DNA from: Nitrospira sp.
GTDB lineage: Bacteria > Nitrospirota > Nitrospiria > Nitrospirales > Nitrospiraceae
Assembly (NCBI GenBank): GCA_047150005.1
Contig: AP038806.1
Span: 2,208,001-2,272,000 of the forward strand
Direction: 5' to 3'
Length of the DNA: 64,000 nucleotides
The position numbers were made by a program, and so were the translations under genes. This document shows, one piece after another, positions 1 through 8,236 of this stretch. Positions within the stretch are counted from its first letter, which is position 1, and each line of letters starts with the position of its first letter. The notes under the pieces are model-generated. The model saw nothing but the letters and a program-made list of their open reading frames with translations. It did not search any database and was not told where the DNA came from.

Positions 1-848
1 GTGGCGCGATTGAGAGCCTGGACGATGCGGGTGACGGTCCCTTCGAATGCCCGGTCCGGGTAGGCTTCGGCTCGGACCTCAGCTTTCTGGCCGAGCTTGA
101 TCAGCGGCACATCCTTTTCGACCACTTCGATCAGCGTCCGAACGACTTCGATGTCGTGGAGGCTGAGGATTCCTCTGGATGTCGTCGACGTGCTGGTCGC
201 CGCTCCGGTGACGTAGGCGCCCAGATCAAGGTTGCGCTCCGCGATGTATCCGGAGAAAGGGGCACGGATGTATGAATAAGCCAGATTGGTTTCCGCCTGA
301 GCCAACGCGACCTCCATCTGTTTGACCTGCGCTCGCAGCGATTCCTGCGCGGCGATGGCCGCGTCGGTGTTCACCTCCGCATTATCCAGGTCCTGCTGTG
401 ACACAAATTGCTCTTTAATCAGCGCCCGCATGCGGTCCAGAGTGAGTTTGGCGTTGCGGACGGAGGCGTCCTGCTGGGTCACCTTCGCGCGGGCGGCCGC
501 CAGGTTGGCCTTGGCTTGATTGACGGCATGGTGGTAGTCGGTGTGATCGATTTCGATCAGCAGTTGATTGGCCTGGACGAAGTCTCCCTTGTCGACGTAC
601 AGCTTGGAGATATAGCCGTCGACGCGCGAGAAGATATTGACGACTTGGTTGGGCGTGATGTCCGCCGTATAGGTCAGGCGGATGTCCAGGTCCTGCTTGA
701 GAGGCCGGACCGTTCCGACGGTAATCGTCCGAGTTTTCTTCGGATCGCTCTTGGCTCCGCTGCTCAGCCGGAAGACGACGAGAGCCGTCACGGCGAAAAA
801 GATGATCACGCCGAGCGTGACGATCGGGTGTTGGCGGACGGGGTTCAT
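1..848 (-). CDS. RND efflux periplasmic adaptor (membrane fusion protein), 3' end runs off the window
   Basis: Manual minus-strand translation from ATG 848: MNPVRQHPIVTLGVIIFFAVTALVVF (N-terminal TM), SRVDGYISKLYVDKGDFV (lipoyl half), coiled coil, YSYIRAPFSGYI. Missing from the ORF track because it has no stop in the window. Confidence 0.9.
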   Translation of the reverse strand, partial: MNPVRQHPIVTLGVIIFFAVTALVVFRLSSGAKSDPKKTRTITVGTVRPLKQDLDIRLTYTADITPNQVVNIFSRVDGYISKLYVDKGDFVQANQLLIEIDHTDYHHAVNQAKANLAAARAKVTQQDASVRNAKLTLDRMRALIKEQFVSQQDLDNAEVNTDAAIAAQESLRAQVKQMEVALAQAETNLAYSYIRAPFSGYIAERNLDLGAYVTGAATSTSTTSRGILSLHDIEVVRTLIEVVEKDVPLIKLGQKAEVRAEAYPDRAFEGTVTRIVQALNRA

Positions 849-1489
849 CGACCCTGTCTCCGGTTGCGTCCGTCGACGCCGGTTGACCGAACCAATCCAT
901 TGAGGAACAACTCGACATAGGTCGCGACCGTTTCGTCGTGCGACCGATGCATCGGAACTCCGAAAATCTCGTGCAGGAGCCGGTGATGGACGACGATGCC
1001 GATGAAGGCGTGAGCGGCCAGCAGGGGATCGACGTCACGGAACGCCCCTTCTCCGATCCTCAGCTGAATATAGGTGGCCAGATGGTCGTAGAAAACCTTG
1101 TGGTGTTTGGAAAAGAAGATGTCGGACAGTTCATGCCCTTCCAGCGCGCTGAATAAGAGCAGTCGGAGGAGGGTCGGATCGACGCCCGGTCTAATGCGAA
1201 AACCCGCGATCAGCATGAAGACCCGACGGTCGTCCCGTTTCCTGGCGGACTCTTCCACCGCCCCGAGCAACTCGTCTACGGACACCTTCTCTGCCAGGAT
1301 CGCGGCGTACAGGGCCCGTTTGGTCGGAAAGTGTTTGAAGACGAGCGCTTCGCTGACTCCCGCGGCCTTGGCGATTTCGCGTGTCGTGGTGCCGTTGAAA
1401 CCTTTCGCGGCGAAGAGGGCGGCGGCCGCCGCGATCAACCCGGCCTGTCGCTCTTGACTGGAGGAACGGCTTCGCTTGGTTGTCTTCAT
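845..1489 (-). CDS. TetR/AcrR family transcriptional regulator
   Basis: HTH FAAKGFNGTTTREIAKAAGVSEALVFKHFPTKRALY; stop overlaps the MFP start; start set at MKTTKRS. Confidence 0.93.
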   Translation of the reverse strand: MKTTKRSRSSSQERQAGLIAAAAALFAAKGFNGTTTREIAKAAGVSEALVFKHFPTKRALYAAILAEKVSVDELLGAVEESARKRDDRRVFMLIAGFRIRPGVDPTLLRLLLFSALEGHELSDIFFSKHHKVFYDHLATYIQLRIGEGAFRDVDPLLAAHAFIGIVVHHRLLHEIFGVPMHRSHDETVATYVELFLNGLVRSTGVDGRNRRQGR

Positions 1490-1506
1490 TGGGCTTGACT
1501 GAGTAA

Positions 1507-1522
1507 GTGAGTATTCACTCAC
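1507..1522. promoter_or_regulatory. Candidate TetR autoregulatory operator
   Basis: Perfect inverted repeat GTGAGT-attc-ACTCAC 17 bp upstream of the tetR start. Confidence 0.6.
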
Positions 1523-1605
1523 CCTGTACGGTAGCATGAGGTCGTGCCTGCTGACAATGAACGGCCGGTAGTGGATCAGTTTGCGATCAGAAGCGCTGAC
1601 GTGTG

Positions 1606-2616
1606 TCATTCCCGCGGAAGCGGGAAGGTGGAGTCACATTTGAAGTGCAACAGATCACGAGTAAACACCTCGGCCGGTGTCTCATAGTCGAGACACTTGC
1701 GCGGGGTGTGATTATACGCCCGCACCAGCGCCAGCAAGCGGCGGGTGGAGAGCGTGGCCAAGTCAGTTTTCCGGGGGAGGGCACGGCGCATCCGGCCGAT
1801 ACCGTTTTCGATACCCCCTTTTTGCCACGGGGCATGCGGGTCACAAAAGTAGGTGCGCATGCCGAGCGGGTGCAGCTGATCGTGATACGCGAACTCCGTG
1901 CCGTTATCGAACGTGATGGTCCGGCGCAGGGCCGGAGGCAGGGCGGCAAACAGCGCCGTGAGTCGGGCGGCCACCGGCTGGGCCCCCTTCGTGGGTTGCC
2001 GGCTGGCCACCAACACGCGCGAGCGGCGTTCCTGCGTCACCAGGACCGCCTGGCCATATTTCGCAAACAGCATCAGATCGGCCTCCCAATGGCCAGGGTC
2101 CTGCCGCTGCTGGATCGCCGCCGGTCGCTCGCTAATGGGGACGCGGCTGCGGATGTGGTCCACGGCACTGCCGCCTTTGCGCCCCCGCCACCCGCGTTTG
2201 CTTTTGCCCCGCGGCAAATAATGCCGCCAGCGATAGTCTTTCGTCCGGCGGATCTGGCTGGCGATGAAGCGGTAGATCGACTCGGAGCTGATGCGCAGCG
2301 CGCAGCCGTCGCGCTTGAGCCGGCCGGCGACTTGAGCGGGCGACCAGCCCTGCCCCAACCAGCGCAGGACGTGGGCCTGCAGCGCCGGTTGCCGGAGCAG
2401 ACGACTCCCGCGCCAGCGGCGGCTGCGGGTCTGCTCCTGGGCATAGGCAGGCGCATAGCCCACCTGGGCGCCGCGATTGCGCCTCAGTTCCCGCAGAATG
2501 GTCGATGGCGCGCGATCCAGAGCTGCTGCAATTTGGCGGATGGTTTGCCCGGCTTCGCGAGCCCGGGCAATCGTACACCGGTCTTCCAAGGAGAGCTGCG
2601 CATAGTGTCGTCCCAT
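1606..2616 (-). CDS. IS30-family DDE transposase
   Basis: N-terminal HTH (LSLEDR...RQIAAALDRAPSTILRELRRN); motifs GHWEADL, TFDNGTEF, PWQKGGIEN, NHTPRKCLDYETP. Confidence 0.96.
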   Translation of the reverse strand: MGRHYAQLSLEDRCTIARAREAGQTIRQIAAALDRAPSTILRELRRNRGAQVGYAPAYAQEQTRSRRWRGSRLLRQPALQAHVLRWLGQGWSPAQVAGRLKRDGCALRISSESIYRFIASQIRRTKDYRWRHYLPRGKSKRGWRGRKGGSAVDHIRSRVPISERPAAIQQRQDPGHWEADLMLFAKYGQAVLVTQERRSRVLVASRQPTKGAQPVAARLTALFAALPPALRRTITFDNGTEFAYHDQLHPLGMRTYFCDPHAPWQKGGIENGIGRMRRALPRKTDLATLSTRRLLALVRAYNHTPRKCLDYETPAEVFTRDLLHFKCDSTFPLPRE

Positions 2617-2663
2617 TGCAACACCTTACCCCACAGGTGTTGCACTTCGTTTGTGAATCTAGG
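1627..2663 (-). mobile_element. IS30-family insertion sequence (~1037 bp)
   Basis: Imperfect ~26-bp IRs (GGTGGAGTCACATTTGAAGTGCAACA and TGTTGCACTTCGTTTGTGAATCTAGG) with the IS30-type GCAACA inner end; apparent 3-bp target duplication GAA (1624-1626 and 2664-2666). Confidence 0.9.
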
Positions 2664-2949
2664 GAATCCAGTCAAAGCCTTCTCCTCAGCCTTGAGTCTT
2701 GATGAGAGGTGGATGCCCGCTTTCGTGGGTATGACGCAAGAGGAAACTGACCCAGTACCGAATGGCCGCGTGGCCGCGGATCCTCTCCTGCGCCCAGCGC
2801 TTTGGGTGCAATGGTTGGACAGATGGGGCCGGTAGGTGGAGAGGTAGGACGGTGAGCGGAAGGAACGATTCGGCGAAATGAACCGGCTCCGGTGGAGGGA
2901 GCTGGCCTGAACCGGGCGTCTCACGCAAACCAGGCCGACCTAGGGCCGA

Positions 2950-3342
2950 CTAGTGGTCGCGCTTTTGGCGAAGATTGCCGGCTACGAAGTAGCGGAGCCG
3001 ATTCTGCTCCCGAAGGTTCATCCCTGTAATGATCACGCCGAATCGATGGCCGGCGGTCCAGGCGACCCTGGCTGCGCCCACGAACAACGGATCCTGTCCG
3101 TCGGGGAGATACAGGAACAGCGTCAATTCCATTCCGATTCTGACCGTCCGGTTTCCTCTGATTCCCAGGCCTTGCCGGGACAGAGACGTGACCGTACCGT
3201 CGCCGACCAGGACGTTCCCTTCCTCCGGTTGCGCCGAGTACATGAGGCTGAACTCGACAGGAATCCTGGTGTGCTCTCGTCGGTTGCACGGAGTGGTCTG
3301 CGGCCGAAGGACCCTGTTCGAACGGACTTTGTTGCATCGCAT
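2950..3342 (-). CDS. PilZ domain protein
   Basis: RREHTR (RxxxR), SLSRQG (D/NxSxxG variant), ARVAW..GHRFGV. Confidence 0.85.
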   Translation of the reverse strand: MRCNKVRSNRVLRPQTTPCNRREHTRIPVEFSLMYSAQPEEGNVLVGDGTVTSLSRQGLGIRGNRTVRIGMELTLFLYLPDGQDPLFVGAARVAWTAGHRFGVIITGMNLREQNRLRYFVAGNLRQKRDH

Positions 3343-3364
3343 GGGCCATCTCCTTCTATAGCGA

Positions 3365-3754
3365 TCACCGCCCGCGGGACGGACGGCATGATGAATTCCA
3401 GGTGTGAAAGCGCAGTTGGTTCAGGGTCTCAGGTGAAAGCGCGAGCATTTCCACGCCGAAGCGGAGGCCGGACACCCAGGAAACCTGGCATTGCGGGAGG
3501 CAGATCGGATCTTCCATGCCGGGAAGAGTGATAAAGAGAGCGAGTTCCATCCCCCGGGTTACGCCTTGGTTGCCGCAGATCCCGACGCCTCGATCAGAGA
3601 GGTTGGCGGTCATTCCGTCACCCATCAGCATGAATCCGCCCTGCATTCCCGAATACATCACGGCAAAATGGGTCGGGATTCGCTCGGTAATACGGCGGGT
3701 GAGTCTGAAGGCGGCAGGATGGTCATTCGGATGGTCGGAGGGACAAGCGTTCAT
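3365..3754 (-). CDS. PilZ domain protein
   Basis: RRITER, NLSDRG, VSWVSGLRFGVE; start MNACP with an upstream GGAG; paralog of the neighbouring gene. Confidence 0.85.
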   Translation of the reverse strand: MNACPSDHPNDHPAAFRLTRRITERIPTHFAVMYSGMQGGFMLMGDGMTANLSDRGVGICGNQGVTRGMELALFITLPGMEDPICLPQCQVSWVSGLRFGVEMLALSPETLNQLRFHTWNSSCRPSRGR

Positions 3755-3798
3755 GATTAACTCCCTATGCCGCATGTCGGCGGCGATCGGTTCCAATT

Positions 3799-4215
3799 TC
3801 AGACAATGCGAAACCCGGCTCGCCGCTGGTTGGACAGAGAAAGGGTGACGTGTTTCCAGATGAGTTCCTGAATCCGCTTCCGCTCTTCCGGCGTCAGGTC
3901 GGGGAATTTGGCCGCAAACGCCGACCCTCTGACCCAGGAGATGGTCGCCTCGGTCAGGCACAGGGGCGGTTGTCCGTCCGCGAGATACAGAAACAGCGTG
4001 ACATGGCTGCCTTCCGGTGGCGAGACCGTGCCTTCGATTTTGCAGCCGGATTTTGAGAGGTCACTCAATGCCCCCTCCGCCTTGAGGAGCCTCGACCCGT
4101 CCTCGCTCGCGTACAGCACCCGGGCCTGAAGGGCGGCGCGTTCGGCATAACGGCGGTCCAACGGGGTGTAGGCGCCCTTCAGGTCGATTCCGAGATCAAA
4201 CATCCGCTGTTTCAT
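3799..4215 (-). CDS. PilZ domain protein
   Basis: RRYAER, DLSKSG, ISWVRGSAFAAKF; purine-rich RBS. Confidence 0.87.
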   Translation of the reverse strand: MKQRMFDLGIDLKGAYTPLDRRYAERAALQARVLYASEDGSRLLKAEGALSDLSKSGCKIEGTVSPPEGSHVTLFLYLADGQPPLCLTEATISWVRGSAFAAKFPDLTPEERKRIQELIWKHVTLSLSNQRRAGFRIV

Positions 4216-4412
4216 GAGTGTCCCCCTCTCTCGAGGCCTCTTCCATCGACAAACCGCCGTCAGGCGACAGTTGAAGAGTATCGGATTTCCCCGATTTGCC
4301 CATCCCCAGGGAGGGGGGAAACGGCACCCATCGTTAGGGGGAGAAATGAGGATGAGTCAGAGAAAGGCTGGTTAGGACATCCGGCACACGTGACGGAAAC
4401 GGTCGTGTCGGA

Positions 4413-6092
4413 CTATTGGCGCAGCTTGGCCCAGGCCTTTTGATACTCTTCGAACGAATCGACTTCGACCCATCCCTTGAAGATGGGTACGGCTTCGACT
4501 CGTTGGCCTTGATCGATCAATTCCTGAATCAGATCGGTAAAGGAGGCTTTGACGACGGCACCGGCTTCGTGGAACCCATCGGACTTATAGCGTTCCAGGG
4601 CGGCCCGATACTCGGACGTAAATGCGGCGATGCCTTTCTCGGAGAACATGGCCATGCCGATAAATTCACCGTGCGCTTGCTCGTGCGACAGATGTTGCCC
4701 GATCTTGACCACCCGGTGCTCTCCGTCCGGCATGACGAATCGCGACAGATAGCTCTTGCCGGGAGAATCGGCCAGGCTGACCAAATCGGGGTTTATGTGG
4801 ACCGGCTGCCGGTCACGTTGGCGTTCCTCCTGCCAAGCCAGATCCACGACCAGCGCGATGTCCGCCGGACTCTTCAGGAGTTTTTCAAGGATGGTGTTGT
4901 CGAAGACGATGTCGCCGTACAGAATGATCGTCCGGCCTTTCATCTCGCTTTCGGCGCAGAAGATCGAGAACAGATCGCCGGTTTCTTCATACCGGTCGTT
5001 GTCGTAGTACCTGATGTTCGGAAGGGTTATCGCTTCTTTCTTATAGCCGCGGACGAGGGCGATCTCCTTGATGTTGCATTCGTTCAAGGCGGCTATCTGC
5101 CGTTCGAGAATCGTCTTGCCCTTGATGTCCAGCAGGCACTTGGGCATGTCTTCAATGAGAGGAAGCAATTGCTTCTCGAATCCGGCGGCCGGGATGATGG
5201 CCGTGATCTGCTCTCCGCCGACGGGGAGGAATTGCCGCTCATCTTGCTCCATCTGCGGAACTCCGACGATGTCGTAGACTTCCGGCAGCGTGACGATGCG
5301 GTCGTTCGCGGCGCCCGGCCTGGTGTCCCGTTTGATGAGATCCAGCGTGTCGCGCATGGCGCGGATCGCCGCGCGGACCGGCTGGTTGGCATAAATGATG
5401 ATCTTTACACCCGCTTCTTCCATTTCCTCGGCAGTCGTCTGGTCGAAAATCGTCGGCACGACCACCAGGGGGACGCGTCCAGACCAGGCTTTATACACGG
5501 CCCGCAGCTCGTCGAACTTTTTTGACTTGGAATGGATCAACACGGCGTCGGCGCCCGCTTCCGCGTAGGCTTCCGCTCGCTTGAGGGCTTCCTCCTGCCC
5601 CCATCCGGCAATCAACGCCTCGGTCCTGGCGATGACCATGAAATCGGGGGAAAGCTGAGCCGCTTTCGCTGCCTTGATCTTGCCGCAATGTTCGTCCAGG
5701 GGGATGAGTTCGCGGCGGACGCCGGCGTAAAAGCTGCAACGTTTGGGATAGACATTATCTTCGATGCAAATCGCCGCGACGCCCGCGCGTTCCCGGTCGG
5801 TCACCGTGCGCATGACGTTCAGCGCGTTTCCATAGCCGGTATCGCAATCGGCGATGACCGGAATCGAGACCGCTTCCGCGATGTTTCGTTCGACTTCCAG
5901 CTGCTCGCTGGACGTGATGAAGCTGGCGTCCGGAATGCATTTGAGCGAAGCGGAGATGGCAAATCCACTAGCCCATACGCCGTCGAATCCCGCCCGCTCA
6001 ATGAGGCGGGCGCTGAGGGCGTCGTGTGCTCCGACGACTTTCAACGCACCAGGTTTCTTTAGCGCAGCCCGAAGTTTTGCGGCGTTCGTCAT
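4413..6092 (-). CDS. pepM: PEP mutase-family protein fused to a C-terminal NTP-transferase (PepM/AepX-cytidylyltransferase fusion)
   Basis: ICL/PEPM-fold motifs GAHDALSA, GVWASG, DCDTGYGN, IEDNVYPKRCSF, ARTEALIAG, DAVLIHSK; C-terminal AIIPAAG...PKCLLDIKGKTIL...YGD...GWVEVD; adjacent to phosphonate genes. Confidence 0.85.
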   Translation of the reverse strand: MTNAAKLRAALKKPGALKVVGAHDALSARLIERAGFDGVWASGFAISASLKCIPDASFITSSEQLEVERNIAEAVSIPVIADCDTGYGNALNVMRTVTDRERAGVAAICIEDNVYPKRCSFYAGVRRELIPLDEHCGKIKAAKAAQLSPDFMVIARTEALIAGWGQEEALKRAEAYAEAGADAVLIHSKSKKFDELRAVYKAWSGRVPLVVVPTIFDQTTAEEMEEAGVKIIIYANQPVRAAIRAMRDTLDLIKRDTRPGAANDRIVTLPEVYDIVGVPQMEQDERQFLPVGGEQITAIIPAAGFEKQLLPLIEDMPKCLLDIKGKTILERQIAALNECNIKEIALVRGYKKEAITLPNIRYYDNDRYEETGDLFSIFCAESEMKGRTIILYGDIVFDNTILEKLLKSPADIALVVDLAWQEERQRDRQPVHINPDLVSLADSPGKSYLSRFVMPDGEHRVVKIGQHLSHEQAHGEFIGMAMFSEKGIAAFTSEYRAALERYKSDGFHEAGAVVKASFTDLIQELIDQGQRVEAVPIFKGWVEVDSFEEYQKAWAKLRQ

Positions 6093-6103
6093 GATGACCT
6101 CGC

Positions 6104-6132
6104 ATGATGCGAAAGCGCGTCCCACTTGTCAA
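6104..6132 (-). promoter_or_regulatory. Putative sigma70 promoter of pepM
   Basis: Minus strand TTGACA-N17-CATCAT ending 11 nt before the ATG. Confidence 0.45.
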
Positions 6133-6159
6133 CCAAAAGTTTACGGCGCGGGTGCACGT

Positions 6160-6387
6160 TCAGAAGACCGTTGCAGAGTGGCCGTCGGCGATATTCCCCC
6201 GCAGGGCCTGGATCTCGAAAAAAATGATGCCGCGATCCGCGCGACTTTCCCCCCACGGAATCCCCTCGAATCCGTTCGGATCGTGCTGGAGGGGCACCGC
6301 GAGGGCGACCAGGCTGGACAGCAGCAGGGCCGACGCCGTCGACAGCAGTCCCCGCACAAGAACGCTGCAATGAGGCGGCAGGGGCAT
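6160..6387 (-). pseudogene. Internally deleted paralog of the upstream secreted protein (75 aa)
   Basis: Signal peptide plus AVPLQHDPNGFEGIPWG joined directly to ADRGIIFFEIQAL; these match the N- and C-terminal motifs of 6390-6905. Confidence 0.6.
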
Positions 6388-6389
6388 GC

Positions 6390-6905
6390 TCAATCCGCGG
6401 TGTCGGCGATTTGATCGTTGAACAGAGGTGCCAGGGTGCGGCTGTCGATAAAAACGAATCCGCGCTCGGTTGCGGCCTGATAGGTCATGTTGATTTCCGA
6501 CTCGGTCCCGCGCCAATTGTACTGCTGATTGAGTCCTCGCACCATCTGCCCGGGAAGACGTTCAAGCGAACCGAATTCTTCTTCAAGGTACAGGAGAATC
6601 CGCTTGTGAATTTGATCGCCTTTGTAGCGAATCGTGACCCGGGCGAACTGTTCATCGACGGATGTTAATCGAACGCTTTCAACCGGGATTCCCCCGAATG
6701 ACGGAGCGTCGCGGGTGAACTCATACTCCCGGAGATGCTGTCCTTCATGCTTGACCCTCAGATCCGGTCGTTCGGACAGCGACGACCCCCAGGCGATGTC
6801 ACGGAAGCCCTTCGGGTCCTTCGTCATCGGCACGGCATGAAGAGCGTCGGGGAACCAGAGAAAAACGAGTGCCAGAATGAAACAATGTCCTGCGCGCCGT
6901 TTCAC
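6390..6905 (-). CDS. Hypothetical secreted/periplasmic protein
   Basis: 171-aa ORF with signal peptide (…ILALVFLWFPDALHA); no family recognised. Confidence 0.8.
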   Translation of the reverse strand: MKRRAGHCFILALVFLWFPDALHAVPMTKDPKGFRDIAWGSSLSERPDLRVKHEGQHLREYEFTRDAPSFGGIPVESVRLTSVDEQFARVTIRYKGDQIHKRILLYLEEEFGSLERLPGQMVRGLNQQYNWRGTESEINMTYQAATERGFVFIDSRTLAPLFNDQIADTAD

Positions 6906-6977
6906 GGAAGGCCACCGGTATTATGTTAGTGGAGCACGCTAACATGTGAGGATCCAAGGTGCAACCGTCCAGATTTC

Positions 6978-7007
6978 TTGAGAACACCTCGGTGCATAGC
7001 ATATAAT
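6978..7007 (+). promoter_or_regulatory. Putative sigma70 promoter of the phosphonate operon
   Basis: TTGAGA-N18-TATAAT upstream of 7055. Confidence 0.6.
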
Positions 7008-7054
7008 GCGCGCGTTTTTCCTGTCAGGACTTCATACATGAGGAACGAGAGCCG

Positions 7055-7552
7055 ATGATCGACAGCGATGCGTTTGTACGGGCTATGCAGGACATGGGCG
7101 TGGATTTCTTTACCGGTGTGCCCGATTCGTTGCTGGGAGGGATCATCGCCGAGTTGATCGATCGGCATCTGTACACCCCGGCGGTGCGCGAGGACGAAGC
7201 CGTGGCGATGGCCGCCGGAGCGTACATGGCCGGCAAGATCCCCGCGGTGCTGATGCAGAATTCAGGGCTCGGTACGTCGCTCAACACACTCATCTCCCTC
7301 AATATGATCTACCGGCAGCCCTGTATCCTGATCGTATCGTGGCGGGGGCAGGGAGGAAAGGATGCGCCGGAGCATCTCGTCATGGGGGAAGTCATGCCGC
7401 AATTTCTCGATACGATGAAGATTCCTCATCGAACACTGATGGAGAAAACCGCCGTTGAGGATTTCAAATGGGTGGCGGAAACGTTCATGAAGCAGCGCAT
7501 TCCCGTCGCCCTTTTTATTGGCAAGGGTGTCGTCAAGGGACTGCACCCGTGA
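7055..7552 (+). CDS. Phosphonopyruvate decarboxylase alpha subunit (ComD-like, TPP Pyr domain)
   Basis: FFTGVPDSLL, EDEAVAMAAG, MQNSGLG, WRG...DAPEH, typical of the Ppd N-terminal half. Confidence 0.88.
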   Translation: MIDSDAFVRAMQDMGVDFFTGVPDSLLGGIIAELIDRHLYTPAVREDEAVAMAAGAYMAGKIPAVLMQNSGLGTSLNTLISLNMIYRQPCILIVSWRGQGGKDAPEHLVMGEVMPQFLDTMKIPHRTLMEKTAVEDFKWVAETFMKQRIPVALFIGKGVVKGLHP

Positions 7553-7570
7553 AGAATCGTGAAGGGTGGT

Positions 7571-7615
7571 TCGTGAAGCGTATCTCGCAAACGAACGACG
7601 GACGACGCTTCACGA
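7571..7615. repeat. Intergenic hairpin / REP-like inverted repeat
   Basis: TCGTGAAGCGT (7571-7581) and ACGCTTCACGA (7605-7615) form a perfect 11-bp inverted repeat. Confidence 0.7.
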
Positions 7616-7640
7616 GCGAAGCGGTCATTGGAGTAGGAAT

Positions 7641-8219
7641 ATGAGACCGGAGCAGGGGACATTGATCAGCCGGGCTCAGGCCATCGGGGCCCTCCTGGAA
7701 TTGTTGACGGATCAACCCGTCGTCATCTGTAATGGGTTTCCGTCGCGCGAAGCGCACAAGATTGCGGATAGGGCGACGCATTTTTACATGATCGGCTCCA
7801 TGGGCAACGCGCCGGCGATCGCGCTGGGTGTGGCGCTGGCCAAGCCGAACAAGCAGGTCGTCACCTTCGACGGAGACGGCAATGTGCTCATGGGCATGGG
7901 TACCTTGGCCACCGTAGGCGCCCTGAAGCCGAAGAACTTCATCCATGTCGTGTTCGACAACGAGGTCTACGGGACGACCGGAAATCAACCGACGATCTCG
8001 AATGTGGTGCCACTGGACAGAGTGGCCAAGGCCGCCGGCTATGTGAATGTCGAGCGTGTGCGGGATCGCGAGGACCTTGTCTACGAGTTCAAGGACATGC
8101 TGAAAAAGGACGGGCCCAGCATGTTGCTGGTTAAGGTCAACGAGTTTGCCGAGGATGCCGGCCGTGTTCTGCTCGAACCGCCGGACTTGACCACACGATT
8201 CATGAAAGCGATAGAGTAG
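7641..8219 (+). CDS. Phosphonopyruvate decarboxylase beta subunit (ComE-like, TPP-binding)
   Basis: FYMIGSMG, DGDG...FDNEVYGTTGNQPT TPP motif. Confidence 0.88.
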   Translation: MRPEQGTLISRAQAIGALLELLTDQPVVICNGFPSREAHKIADRATHFYMIGSMGNAPAIALGVALAKPNKQVVTFDGDGNVLMGMGTLATVGALKPKNFIHVVFDNEVYGTTGNQPTISNVVPLDRVAKAAGYVNVERVRDREDLVYEFKDMLKKDGPSMLLVKVNEFAEDAGRVLLEPPDLTTRFMKAIE

Positions 8220-8236
8220 GGGAGTCGAACCACACC

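Larger units (their letters stand above)
1566..2760. repeat. MITE/REPIN-like palindromic element, copy 1 (1566-1626 plus 2664-2760), split by IS30
   Basis: Terminal IRs CGGTAGTGGATCAGTTT (1566) and AAACTGACCCAGTACCG (2744-2760) match at 15/17; internal inverted REP pair GTCATTCCCGCGGAAGCGGGAA[IS]TCCA and TGGATGCCCGCTTTCGTGGGTATGAC; colinear with the intact copy at 19064-19219. Confidence 0.85.

Noticed and set aside
1603..2835. 410-aa plus-strand ORF across the IS
   Set aside because: Antisense shadow of the IS30 transposase with no recognisable motifs; long antisense ORFs are expected at this GC content.
4270..4305. Minus-strand GGGCAAATCGG-GGAAA-TCCGAT resembling the 5' half of a c-di-GMP-I riboswitch upstream of the PilZ genes
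   Set aside because: The required downstream GACGCAAA junction and second stem are not present; kept only as a palindrome.
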